This document shows positions 1-10,700 of a DNA stretch of 64,000 nt, in pieces; position 1 is the first letter of the stretch, and every line of letters begins with the position of its first letter. A program made the translations under genes and the position numbers. The stretch comes from an uncultured Collinsella sp. Its GTDB lineage: Bacteria > Actinomycetota > Coriobacteriia > Coriobacteriales > Coriobacteriaceae. The notes under the pieces are model-generated. The model was not told the origin of the DNA and did not search any database. It was given only the letters and a program-made list of their open reading frames with translations. Where the stretch lies: NCBI GenBank assembly GCA_902464575.1, contig CABQJU010000007.1:2945-66944 (forward strand), written 5' to 3'.

Positions 1-28
1 CCGCGCTAGGAAGCCCCTCGGCATAAAT

Positions 29-62
29 AAAGGGATAGGGCCACACGGCCCTATCCCTTTTT
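29..62. terminator. Bidirectional intrinsic-terminator-like hairpin downstream of the VOC gene
   Basis: 14-bp perfect stem aaagggatagggcc / ggccctatcccttt (29-42 / 47-60), 4-nt loop, A-run before and T-run after. Confidence 0.5.
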
Positions 63-84
63 GCTAGCTATGGCAGCTTGTGCG

Positions 85-459
85 CTACTCGCGGCACAGA
101 TGCACGGCGAAACCGGCGAACTCGCGCTTAAAGTACACGAGCTTGGTGCTACCGTCGGGCAGCAGCGCGCGCGACTCTTCGTTGACCTCGAGCCCGCGCT
201 CGGCAAACCACTTCTCGGCCGCATCAATGTCGTTGACGGCAAAGCCAATGTGGCCCTTGGTGCCACGACCATTCTGCTTCATGACCTCGACCAGCGAATC
301 GTTAAAGTACGAAACCGGGGTCTCGATAACGGGCAGACCCATCATCGTCGAGAACAGCTCCGCGATCTCCAGGGCGTCTGCCGGGTCGGTGGCGTTAATG
401 CCCACATGGGCAACGCGCATGCCAAAGAGCTCGACCGGATTGGCGTTCTGCTCACTCAT
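85..459 (-). CDS. VOC (glyoxalase/bleomycin-resistance/dioxygenase) family protein
   Basis: 124-aa ORF with VOC-like pattern (HVGINATD ... GHIGFAVNDID ... GFAVHL); GC3-rich codon usage. Confidence 0.8.
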   Translation of the reverse strand: MSEQNANPVELFGMRVAHVGINATDPADALEIAELFSTMMGLPVIETPVSYFNDSLVEVMKQNGRGTKGHIGFAVNDIDAAEKWFAERGLEVNEESRALLPDGSTKLVYFKREFAGFAVHLCRE

Positions 460-470
460 GCAGTCAGCGC

Positions 471-758
471 CTACTGAGCCATGACGTCAAGAACGGCCTT
501 CTCGGCAGCGACGCGGTTCATGCCGGTCATGAAGGGCACGCCGCTCACGTACGGGCAGGTAAGGCCCTCGGGGGCAACGGTGGTGGCAATCAGCAGATCG
601 GCGCCCTCGTCGCAAACGTCCTTGGCCTCGGAGATGGCGCACTGCACGATCTCGTACTTGTCGGCGTAACCGTTGGCGTCGAGCATGGTGGCGACCTTCT
701 GGGCAACGAGCGTGGAAGTAGCAGCGCCAGCACCGCAAGCCAAAACGATCTTCTTCAT
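471..758 (-). CDS. PTS EIIB component, galactitol/lactose (type 2) family, orphan in this window
   Basis: 95 aa; N-terminal KKIVLACGAGAATS phospho-Cys loop typical of GatB-like EIIB. Confidence 0.75.
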   Translation of the reverse strand: MKKIVLACGAGAATSTLVAQKVATMLDANGYADKYEIVQCAISEAKDVCDEGADLLIATTVAPEGLTCPYVSGVPFMTGMNRVAAEKAVLDVMAQ

Positions 759-921
759 AGGTAATGTCTCCCTTCATGGTTTACTTTAGGTAAGTGTACC
801 GCAGCGAGCGATGGCACTCGGCCTCGATGAGCTTTTATGCCAGTTTGCTTGCGCGCTGCGTATAATACATCTAGTACGTGTTGTCATACCGCTCGCTTTA
901 TGAGCGACTAAGGACCCTAAT

Positions 922-1545
922 ATGCCCGATTCCCGCACACTCTGGACCGCCGTCGTTATCATCTGCATCGCCATATCGGTGTTCTTTAGCGTAAAAAAAC
1001 GCACCACGTTTAAGCGCCTGCAACAGCTTATGGCTGCCAAGCAGTGGGACGAGTTCGATCGTTTGCTCGATGGCAAACTCACCAGCATGCTGTACCCGCG
1101 CTATAACCGCGACTACCTGCGCCTGAACTCCTATCTGCTGCGCGAGGACCACAAGCGCGCCGACGAGATGTTCGATTTGCTGCTGGGACTCAATCTGCCC
1201 AAGATGCAGCGCGTCGACCTGGTGATTAAGGCCTTTAACTACTACGTTGGCCAGGAGGACCGCAAAAAGTCCAAGGAGCTGCTGCACGAGATCAAAGGCT
1301 TTGAGGGCGGCCAGGCCGAGGCAGTCGCACACGAATGCCAACTGATGTACGACACGATGATCCTCAAGCGCCACAACGACATTCCCGAGCTGGAGCGCAT
1401 GCTCAAGGAGGCCGGTGACGACAAGGTCAAGAGCTGCCGCTTGGAGTATCTGTTGGCTCTGCAGTACAAGAACAAGGGCGACGAAGCCAAGTTCCAGGAG
1501 TTCCTGGAGAAGTCGGGCCAACACTCGATGGCCGTCAACGCGTAA
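922..1545 (+). CDS. Hypothetical membrane-anchored helical-repeat (TPR-like) protein
   Basis: 207 aa; one N-terminal TM helix (LWTAVVIICIAISVFF) followed by a helical repeat region; no family recognised. Confidence 0.5.
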   Translation: MPDSRTLWTAVVIICIAISVFFSVKKRTTFKRLQQLMAAKQWDEFDRLLDGKLTSMLYPRYNRDYLRLNSYLLREDHKRADEMFDLLLGLNLPKMQRVDLVIKAFNYYVGQEDRKKSKELLHEIKGFEGGQAEAVAHECQLMYDTMILKRHNDIPELERMLKEAGDDKVKSCRLEYLLALQYKNKGDEAKFQEFLEKSGQHSMAVNA

Positions 1546-1576
1546 CGGACGACTTGTGCTAGACTTCTAGTCTCAC

Positions 1577-1661
1577 GGGGGCGTGGCGGAATTGGCATAC
1601 GCAGGAGACTTAAAATCTCTCGCCGCAAGGATTGTGGGTTCGAGTCCCACCGCCCCTACCA
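1577..1661 (+). tRNA. tRNA-Leu (anticodon TAA)
   Basis: 85 nt; acceptor GGGGGCG/CGCCCCT; anticodon stem GGAGA/TCTCT with loop CTTAAAA; long variable arm (class II); T-arm GTGGG-TTCGAGT-CCCAC; CCA encoded. Confidence 0.9.
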
Positions 1662-1710
1662 TTTGGCTTTTACGAGCTCGTGTCCCCCGGGGATGCGGGC
1701 TCGTTTCTTT
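1644..1710 (+). repeat. Direct repeat copy 1: 3' end of tRNA-Leu plus its terminator hairpin
   Basis: gtcccaccgcccctaccat ... ttacgagctcgtgtcccccggggatgcgggctcgtttcttt recurs at 1840-1906 with a few mismatches; contains hairpin ACGAGCTCG/CGGGCTCGT plus a T-run. Confidence 0.85.
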
Positions 1711-1712
1711 AA

Positions 1713-1736
1713 GATGCCGGCGGGACTCGAACCCGC
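1713..1736 (-). other. tRNA-like T-arm/acceptor fragment (not a complete tRNA)
   Basis: Minus strand reads GCGGG-TTCGAGT-CCCGC-CGGCATC (perfect T-arm plus a 3' acceptor-like strand). No complementary 5' acceptor strand or 7-nt anticodon loop within about 100 nt. Confidence 0.4.
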
Positions 1737-1839
1737 GAGGGGGCGAGCGTTAAGCGGACGCGCAGCGTCCGTAGCGAGCCGGCGAGGGCGCCGACAGGCG
1801 GCCGAAGCCGGTGCGTATTTGCGCAGCAAATACGCAGAC

Positions 1840-1906
1840 GTCCCACCGCCCCTACCATGTATTGTTTACGAGCTCGTGTCCCCCAGGGATGCGGGCTCGT
1901 TTCTTT
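1840..1906 (+). repeat. Direct repeat copy 2 (attR-like duplicate of the tRNA-Leu 3' end plus terminator)
   Basis: gtcccaccgcccctaccat followed by ttacgagctcgtgtcccccagggatgcgggctcgtttcttt; 196 bp downstream of copy 1. Confidence 0.85.
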
Positions 1907-1996
1907 TACACGCCGGCGGAGCTCTAAGTTGCGGTGGAATAGATCCTGTTTATACCGTTTACCAGCTTATTTAGGAACTATTTCACCGCAACTTAT

Positions 1997-2998
1997 TTAG
2001 AGGGTGCTGAGCTCTGGGGTCCAGGAGATGGTGGGGGTCGCACCGTCGAGAGCCTCGTTGATGGTGGCGGCCATGCCGGCGAGTAAGCTGTTCTCGCTTA
2101 CAGTGAGCGTCTTGTAGCCGCCGGCTCGCATAAGCTCGCGGATTACCACGGCACCAGCCAAGATCACGCCCGCGCGTTTGGGCTGTACACCCGGTAGAGC
2201 GGCGATGCCGTCCGCATCCAACGCAGACATGCGCTCGATAGCGGCCGAAACCTGATCCAGCGAAAGCTCGCGCAGGTGCACAAAGCTCGAATCGTACGGT
2301 TCCAGCTCATGAACGAGCGCCACGAGTGTGGTGACGGTGCCACCCACTGCGACCAAGCGTTCGGCGCGCTCAAAATTGCTCGGCAGGCCCTCAAAATAGG
2401 CAGCGAACTGCTCGCCCGCCCACGCGGCAGCGGCAGTAAGCTCGCCGCGTGCGGGCGGCAGTGCCGAGAAAAATCGCTCCGTCACACGGCGACAACCGAT
2501 GTCCAGCGAGCGCGTGCCCTCCAGCGCGAAAACCCCGCGCTCCGGTGCGTACACGCCCGTCGCGAGCTCCGTGGACCCGCCGCCCGAATCGGCGACGATG
2601 ATTCGCTCGCCGGCAAAGTCGTGCGCCACGCCAAAAAACGTCAGGCGCGCCTCGACCTCGCCCGGAATCACCTGCGGCTCGAGCCCCAGCTCGCGCAGGC
2701 CGTCCAGCAGCAGCGCGGCGTTGGACGCATCGCGCGCGGCGCTCGTGCACGTGGTGCAGATGCACGCGGCCCCAAAGGCGCGCGCCTCGTCCACGAACAT
2801 GCGACACGCAGCGAGCACACGCTCCACAGCCACCTCGCAAAAGCGGCCCGTCGCGTCGACGCCCTCGCCCAGATCGGTAATCTCGGTATGCTTGGACGAT
2901 TCCACAATCGCCCCGGCCTCGACCTGCGCCAACACCAGCCGCGACGACACCGTTCCCAGGTCGATCGCTGCCACCTTATATCGTTTGCAATTCGTCAT
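1997..2998 (-). CDS. ppx: Ppx/GppA family phosphatase (exopolyphosphatase-like)
   Basis: 333 aa; N-terminal actin-fold ATPase motif VAAIDLGTVSSRLV and ADSGGGSTE; located next to ftsB-eno as in other Actinomycetota. Confidence 0.8.
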   Translation of the reverse strand: MTNCKRYKVAAIDLGTVSSRLVLAQVEAGAIVESSKHTEITDLGEGVDATGRFCEVAVERVLAACRMFVDEARAFGAACICTTCTSAARDASNAALLLDGLRELGLEPQVIPGEVEARLTFFGVAHDFAGERIIVADSGGGSTELATGVYAPERGVFALEGTRSLDIGCRRVTERFFSALPPARGELTAAAAWAGEQFAAYFEGLPSNFERAERLVAVGGTVTTLVALVHELEPYDSSFVHLRELSLDQVSAAIERMSALDADGIAALPGVQPKRAGVILAGAVVIRELMRAGGYKTLTVSENSLLAGMAATINEALDGATPTISWTPELSTL

Positions 2999-3018
2999 TG
3001 CGGGCTCCCCTCCGGGCG

Positions 3019-3780
3019 CTACTCGCCGTTGGACACGACCGTCTGGCCCTCGACGCCGTTAAACCCAAACAGCATATCGAGCGTCTGGATATACCACGGC
3101 GCGTCCTTGCCGACTTCCTCGATCTCCTTGGCCACCTCGCTGGCCTTCTTGGCGTTCGACGACTTCTTGCTCGAAGACGAATCCGAATCGTCGTCCAGGC
3201 CCAGCACGTCGATCTTAGTCTCACCGGGCATTACCAAGCCCAGGTCCTCGGTCGCCGCATCCTTAATGCCCTCCTCCGAGAGCAGCTTGTCGACGCTTTT
3301 TTGCAGCTCGTCGTTGTATTGCTCGCGAATCTCGACTTGCTTGGCCAAGATATCGCTCGAGCGCTTGGCCACGTACAGATCGCGCACGGGAAAATACAGG
3401 CTCACGAGCACCAGCGCCACGACGATACCGATGAACAGCCCTCGCTGGGGTCCGTGGGTAAAGTCGTAAATCGCCTTGACCACCGCGTTATCGTTGGCGT
3501 AATGCATAAAGTCCGAGCCCGAAAGACGGCTCGACGGCCTACTCGACCTATCGTGCGTCTGAGCCGTGGGGCGCGAGGCATGCGCCGAGCGCGACGGACG
3601 GTCCGGACGATGCGCCGGCGTATTCATTTGAGCATTGGGGCGCGAGGCACTTGCCGCACGATGCGTAGGACGGGCGGCGCCAGCATAATCGGACCCACCG
3701 AGCTGCACCGTATGCGCGCGGCGAGGTGACGGCTCGCGCGAACCGGCGGAATAGTACCTGTTGTCGTAAATCTGATCCAT
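3019..3780 (-). CDS. Septum formation initiator family protein (FtsB/DivIC-like) with a long disordered N-terminus
   Basis: TM helix LFIGIVVALVLVSLYF followed by coiled coil RDLYVAKRSSDILAKQVEIREQYNDELQKSVDKL; start placed at ATG 3780 (the longest ORF extends to 3915). Confidence 0.65.
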   Translation of the reverse strand: MDQIYDNRYYSAGSREPSPRRAHTVQLGGSDYAGAARPTHRAASASRPNAQMNTPAHRPDRPSRSAHASRPTAQTHDRSSRPSSRLSGSDFMHYANDNAVVKAIYDFTHGPQRGLFIGIVVALVLVSLYFPVRDLYVAKRSSDILAKQVEIREQYNDELQKSVDKLLSEEGIKDAATEDLGLVMPGETKIDVLGLDDDSDSSSSKKSSNAKKASEVAKEIEEVGKDAPWYIQTLDMLFGFNGVEGQTVVSNGE

Positions 3781-3966
3781 GTGCGCCTTGTGCGGTTGAG
3801 GTTTGTTTGCGCTAAGTATTCTAGTTATAGCACGAGCACGCGCAACGCCTTTGCCAGCCTTTGCTCGACATAAAAAAGGCGCTGAGCCACACGGTCCAGC
3901 GCCCAATGACAGCAAGCAGAAGTAGGGCGGGCCCGAGTCAACCCCGCCCCGCGAGAACCACTTGCC

Positions 3967-5268
<1,302 letters not shown>

Positions 5269-5444
5269 TCACTTGGAAACGGGTTGAATGCTTGGCGACA
5301 CGGCTTGCACGCTACAGTGGCGCGCAGGTTCATAAGTTAGCCTTATCGCACTTTTTGCATTATGCCCTAAGTTAGCCAAGGGATACAATCTTTTTGAAAA
5401 ATAATGGGGGCGATGAGAAAGTCCGTCCCGTCGCCCCCGCAGTC

Positions 5445-6305
5445 TTACTCCTCTGCCTTTGCGGCATCCCAGAGGTCATTGAGGCCGTGGGTCGAAAGCT
5501 CGGCCAGATCCACGTGGGCGTCGGCCGCCATCTGCTCCATCGCGGCCCAGCGGCGGCGGAACTTTGCCGTGCTGGCACGCAGGGCGCTCTCGGCGTCGAT
5601 TCCCTCCTTGCGCGCAACGTTGACCAGGGCAAAGAGCAGGTCGCCAAACTCCATCTCGCGCTCGGGCGAGCCGGGAGCCTCGGCCTCAAACTCGGCACGC
5701 TCCTCAGCGACCTCGTCCCACACGTCCTGGACCGTCTCCCACTCAAAGCCCACGGCAGCCGCCTTGCGCGACACCTTCTGAGCTTGCATCAGCGCCGGCA
5801 GGTGCGTGGGCACACCGTCGAGCAGACCCTCGGGTGCGGCCCCGCCTGCCGCCACGGCCTGGTCTTTGGCGGCCTTCTCGGCAAGCTTGACCTCGTCCCA
5901 AATCTTGAGCACCTCGTCGGAGTTGTCGGCATCCGCATCGCCAAACACGTGCGGGTGACGACGGATGAGCTTGGCGTCGATATCGCGCGCCACATCGGCC
6001 AGCGAAAACTCGCCGGCATCCGCCGCAATCTGCGCATGCAGTACGACCTGCATGAGCACGTCGCCCAACTCCTCGCGCAGGTGTGCCGCGTCGTCGGCCT
6101 CGATGCAGTCGAGCGCCTCGTAGGCTTCCTCGATCATGTTCTTGCCAATGCTGCGGTGCGTCTGCTCGCGGTCCCACGGGCAGCCGTCGGGCTGACGCAG
6201 GCGCCAGATGGTCTGCACCAGATGCTGCAGCTCGGCCGACGCGTCTACCAGCGTGGACAGGTCGCGCGAACCCTCGGCATTTTGCTGAGCCATATGCTCG
6301 GCCAT
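5445..6305 (-). CDS. mazG: Nucleoside triphosphate pyrophosphohydrolase MazG
   Basis: 286 aa; tandem MazG domains with EELGDVLMQVV and EFGDLLFALVNVAR motifs. Confidence 0.85.
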   Translation of the reverse strand: MAEHMAQQNAEGSRDLSTLVDASAELQHLVQTIWRLRQPDGCPWDREQTHRSIGKNMIEEAYEALDCIEADDAAHLREELGDVLMQVVLHAQIAADAGEFSLADVARDIDAKLIRRHPHVFGDADADNSDEVLKIWDEVKLAEKAAKDQAVAAGGAAPEGLLDGVPTHLPALMQAQKVSRKAAAVGFEWETVQDVWDEVAEERAEFEAEAPGSPEREMEFGDLLFALVNVARKEGIDAESALRASTAKFRRRWAAMEQMAADAHVDLAELSTHGLNDLWDAAKAEE

Positions 6306-6307
6306 GG

Positions 6308-6856
6308 TTAGTCCTCCCCCATGATCACATGGCGGAACGCGCCGCCCTCGTAGACGCCGTAGCTATGTGTGCCGTCCTTGGGGATGCTCACGCTGCCGGG
6401 ATTGAAGAGCCACAGACCCGGGTGCGCGGCGCTTTCCTCGTTAACCTTGATGTGCGTATGGCCGTAGACGAGCGCGGAGCCCTCGGGCAGCGCGGGCGCG
6501 TGGTCAACGCTGTTATGCATGCCGGCGCCAAAGACGTGGCCGTGCGTCAGGAACAGTTCACGTCCGGTCTCGTCGAATAGTGTGGCGTAGTCAGCCATGA
6601 CGGGGAAGTCGAGGACCATCTGGTCGACCTCGGCGTCGCAGTTGCCGCGCACCGCGATGATGCGGTCGGCCAGGGCGTTGAGCAGCGGAATCACGCGTTT
6701 GGGGGCGTAGTCGCGCGGCAGGTCGTTACGCGGGCCGTGGTAGAGCAGGTCGCCTAGCAGCACGATGCGGTCAGGCTGCTCGGATTCGATGGCGGCGACC
6801 AGGCGCTCGGCCCAGTATGCCGAGCCATGGATGTCGGAAGCGATGAGGTATTTCAT
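6308..6856 (-). CDS. YfcE/MJ0936-family metallophosphoesterase
   Basis: 182 aa; motifs DIHGS, LGDLLYHGPRN, GNCD, GHTH in canonical order. Confidence 0.8.
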   Translation of the reverse strand: MKYLIASDIHGSAYWAERLVAAIESEQPDRIVLLGDLLYHGPRNDLPRDYAPKRVIPLLNALADRIIAVRGNCDAEVDQMVLDFPVMADYATLFDETGRELFLTHGHVFGAGMHNSVDHAPALPEGSALVYGHTHIKVNEESAAHPGLWLFNPGSVSIPKDGTHSYGVYEGGAFRHVIMGED

Positions 6857-6911
6857 GGGGAGTCCTTTCGGTGGGGTTAATTGGATTGGCGCGGCGCGTC
6901 ACTCGCCCGCA

Positions 6912-7397
6912 TCACTCAAATCGCAACGCCGCGGCTTGGGCCGCTTGCATCACGCGTTGGAGCGGCACGTTGTGCTCGCGGGCAAGGCGAGCACAGTCCT
7001 CGTACTCGGGAGCCGCACGTTCACTGCCATCGGGCAGGGTCGCCACCTTAACGGATACCTCGCCCCAAGGCGTTGTCACCTGCTCGAATCGGCGCGGCAG
7101 GCAAACGCGTTCCATCACCTGGCGACGAATGGCGTTGGTCGTGGTCTCCAAAAAGATAATCGTCTGCAGGCGCTCGATATCCTCGTGTGAGCAGATCACC
7201 TGCAACTGCCAGCCGGGGCGGCCTTTTTTGCAGTAGAGGGGCAGCCAGTGCACCTCGCGGGCGCCGGCCTCGCGCAGGCGGTCAGCGGCATAGGCGAGTA
7301 CCTCGGGCGACGCATCATCGATGTCGCACTCCAGCTTGACGATAGTTTCGGGCGCATCGGTCTCGCGGGACAGCGGAGATGTACTTCCACGTTGCAT
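6912..7397 (-). CDS. LarC (DUF111) nickel-insertion protein, C-terminal domain only (stand-alone LarC2-like protein or truncated remnant)
   Basis: 161 aa from ATG 7397; KKGRPGWQLQVIC, TTTNAIRRQ and TPWGEVSVKV resemble only the C-terminal part of LarC; no N-terminal LarC region upstream. Confidence 0.5.
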   Translation of the reverse strand: MQRGSTSPLSRETDAPETIVKLECDIDDASPEVLAYAADRLREAGAREVHWLPLYCKKGRPGWQLQVICSHEDIERLQTIIFLETTTNAIRRQVMERVCLPRRFEQVTTPWGEVSVKVATLPDGSERAAPEYEDCARLAREHNVPLQRVMQAAQAAALRFE

Positions 7398-7503
7398 ACG
7401 GTCCGAATCCTTTCCGCACGGGCTCGTTTTATTCACCCAAACGCTAGCACATCGGACGTGGCACAGGCGTGACTTTCGTCCGTCGCCGCCCTCACCCCTA
7501 TCC

Positions 7504-7568
7504 AAACGTGTACGTCAGCCTCCAAACATGTCATTTTTTGTCGGTTTTGGAGGCTGACGTACACGTTT
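7504..7568. repeat. 65-bp palindromic element, copy 1 (23-bp perfect stem, 19-nt loop)
   Basis: aaacgtgtacgtcagcctccaaa (7504-7526) pairs with tttggaggctgacgtacacgttt (7546-7568); near-identical copy exactly 4300 bp downstream. Confidence 0.9.
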
Positions 7569-7780
7569 TGGAGCGAGGCCGCACACGATCAGAATTGCGC
7601 CCGCACTCCGTCCACCACAAAGTTCGCCGCACTCAACAATTTTGGACTTTCTACGCAGTTCATCGACCAAAAATTACCCTCGGCATACTTACCCGCTGCA
7701 CGATGTTACTCTAGTTGCATTTGGCTAACTAAGCGGCTGCCGAGGACCCCGCCCGGCACCGTTACGGCATAGGAGGTTTC

Positions 7781-10700
7781 ATGTTCGAGAAGCGGCTCTT
7801 CTCCCTGGTTCCGCAGGCAACGCCCTACATTATGGCAAGCGTCCTGTTTAAGTGGATCGCGCTCATGGCAAACATCACGGTGATGTGGGTGCTTGCGCGC
7901 ATCTTGGGCGGCATCGTCACGGACGGCCTTTCCGCCGCGCTCGCCGTCGATGCCCTCGCACAGGCGGCCCTGCCGCTCGCCGCCGCCATCATCGTGCGCG
8001 CCGCCTCCATCTACCTGGCCCAACGCGCCGGCGACAAAGCCGCGTTCGAGGCCGTCCGCCGCGTGCGCTCGTTCGTCTACGACAAGCTCACCGCACTCGG
8101 CCCCTCCTACACCGAGACCGTCCCCACCGCCGAGGCCGTCCAGACCAGCGTCGAGGGCGCCACGCAACTCCAGGTGTACTTTGGCGGCTACCTGCCGCAG
8201 CTCTTCTTTGCCGGCTTGGCACCCATCACGCTGTTTGTACTGCTCGTGGGCCAGGCGGGTCTTCCCGCCGCGCTGCTGCTCGCCTGCGTTCCGGTCATCC
8301 CCGTCTCCATTATGATGGTCATGCGCAACGCCAAAAAGATCGGTGCCGAGTACTGGGGCAGCTATGTCGATCTTGGCGGCATGTTCCTGGAGGCCGTGCA
8401 GGGTCTCACCACCCTTAAGGTCTACCAGGCCGATCGAAGCTGGCACGAGCGCATCAACGCCGAGTCCGAGCGTTTCCGCACAGCGACCATGCACCTGCTG
8501 GTGATGCAGCTGCGCTCCATTTGCGTTATGGACCTGGTCGTCTATATGGGCGCCGCGCTCGGCATTATCGTGGCCGCACTGCAGCTCGCCACGGGCAAGA
8601 TCGGCTTTGAGGCTGCCTTCCTCATCGTCTTTCTGTCACAGGAGTTCTTTTTGCCTATGCGCCGCCTGGGATCGCTGTTCCACACGGCCATGAACGGCAT
8701 GGCCGCCTCGCGCCGCATGTTTGGCATTTTGGATACGCCCGAGCCCGAGCGCGGCGATGTTGAGCTTGATGGTCGCGGCGATATCGAGCTCGCAGGCGTG
8801 AGCTATGCCTACGGCGACCGCACCGTGCTGGACAGCGCCAGCGCGACCATTGCGCACGGCTCGCTCGTGGCACTCGTGGGCGAAAGCGGCGGCGGCAAGT
8901 CCACGCTCGCGGGGATTATCGCGGGCCGCAAGGACGCCTACCGCGGCAGCGTGCGCATTGGCGGCGTCGAGCTGCGCGATGTCACGGCCGCCTCACTCAT
9001 GCGCGCCGTCACGCTGGTGCCCACCAACGGCTACCTGTTTGCCGGCACCCTGCGCGACAACCTGCTGCTCGCCCAGCCCAACGCCACCGACACCGAGCTT
9101 TTGCGCGCGCTCGACCGCACGCGCGTGGCGGCCTTTGTGCGGGCCAACGGCGGGCTCGACATGGTGATTAACGAGGGCGGCACCAACCTTTCGGGCGGCC
9201 AGCGCCAGCGCGTGTGCATGGCCCGCGCCCTGCTGCACGACTCGCCGATCTATGTGTTTGACGAGGCGACGAGCAACGTCGATGCCGCAAGCGAGGCCGC
9301 GATCGGCGAGGTCATCGCGTCGCTTGCCGGCGGGCACACTGTAATTGTGGTGGCACATCGCCTGTCGACAATCGTGGACGCCGATCAGATCCTGGTGCTG
9401 GAACGCGGCCGCATTGCCGAGCACGGGACTCACGGCGAGCTCTTGGCCGCCGCGGGCGCCTATGCGCGCATGTGGAACAGCCAGAAGCAGCTCTCGGCAT
9501 ATGCGTATGCAGAGGGTGATGCTGAGGATGCCGGCGCGGTTGAGGCTGTTGACGGCAGCGCCGCCTGTGCCGATGGCCTCAACGGTACTAGTTCGTCTTC
9601 CGCTGCCGCGGCGCCTGACTCCGGCCGCGCCCGTCGCTCGGCGCCGTCCATCATGTGGCGCATGATGGGGCTCGTCCGACCGCTTGCTGGCTGGCTTGTG
9701 CTAGCCGTCGCGCTGGGCAGCATCGGCATGCTCACCGCCGCGTTCGTGCCGGCCTTTGGCGCCCTTGGCCTTATGGCCGCGCTGGGCCGCAACGCCTTGG
9801 GGCTTGGTCTTATCGCAGCATGCGCGGCCTGCGCCGCCTGCGGCATCGCACGCGGGCCGCTCCACTACGGCGAGCAGCTCTGCAACCATTACATCGCATT
9901 CCGCCTGCTCGCACACATTCGCGACCTGGTGTTTGGTGCCCTGCGCCGGCTCGCCCCCGCCAAGCTCGAGGGCCGCGGCAAGGGCGAGCTCGTGAGCCTG
10001 GTCACCTCGGATATCGAGCTGCTCGAGGTCTTCTACGCGCACACCATCTCGCCCATTGCCATCGCTCTGGTCTGCACCGCCGTCTTCGAGGGCTTCTTGC
10101 TGGCCGTAAGCCCCGAGCTCGCCGGCATCGCGCTTGTGGCCTACGCGGTCCTGGGTGTGCTGCTGCCTCTGGTCTCGGCCAAGGCATGCGGCACCACCGG
10201 TCGCCAGAGTCGCGAGGGAGTAGGCAAGCTGGGTGCCTTTGTGCTCGACAGCCTGCGCGGCGCGTCCGAGACCATTCAGTTTGCCGGCGGCGCCGATCGC
10301 AGCCGCGCTCTGGGCGAGCTGACCGAGCAAGTCGGCGCCGTGGATGCACGCCTCAAGCGCCGCCAGGCAGCCAGCGAGGCGGCGGCCGACGCGCTCATCC
10401 TCGTTGCCAACCTGGTGATGCTCGGACGTGCGCTGCAGCTGGTGGCTGCGGGGACGATTGATTTCGCCGCGGCATTTGTCGCCGTTTTCACCTTTGTTTC
10501 GTCCTTTGGCTCGGTAATGGCCGTGAGTCGTCTGGGTGCCTCGCTGCAGGAAACGCTCGCCTCGGGCACGCGCGTGCTCGATCTGCTCGACGAGCAGCCC
10601 CAGTGTGCCGAGGTCACGGACGGCCAGAACGTGGAGTTCGCCGGTGCCGCTGCCGAACATGTGAGCTTTAGCTATGTGGGTGGCGCGGGTGCCGACGATG

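Noticed and set aside
841-870. Sigma-70 promoter TTGCTT ... TATAAT upstream of the 922 gene
   Set aside because: The spacer between the two hexamers is only about 10 nt, and the TG is not correctly placed for an extended -10. This is not supportable as a promoter call.
1663-1974. 103-aa ORF after tRNA-Leu
   Set aside because: It spans the terminator duplication and the tRNA-like fragment, is Arg/Ala-rich with no SD, and is better explained as repeats.
1577-2000. Integrated prophage or genomic island at tRNA-Leu (and likewise at tRNA-Gln, 58580-61300)
   Set aside because: No integrase, excisionase or phage genes are present. At tRNA-Leu only 129 bp lie between the att-like repeats. At tRNA-Gln the tRNA-like fragment is inverted, not direct. 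These are reported only as scars or oddities.
3916-3966. eno terminator hairpin GGGCGGG ... CCCGCCC
   Set aside because: The stem is short, the loop is about 12 nt, and there is no clear U-tract on the minus strand. Too weak to annotate.
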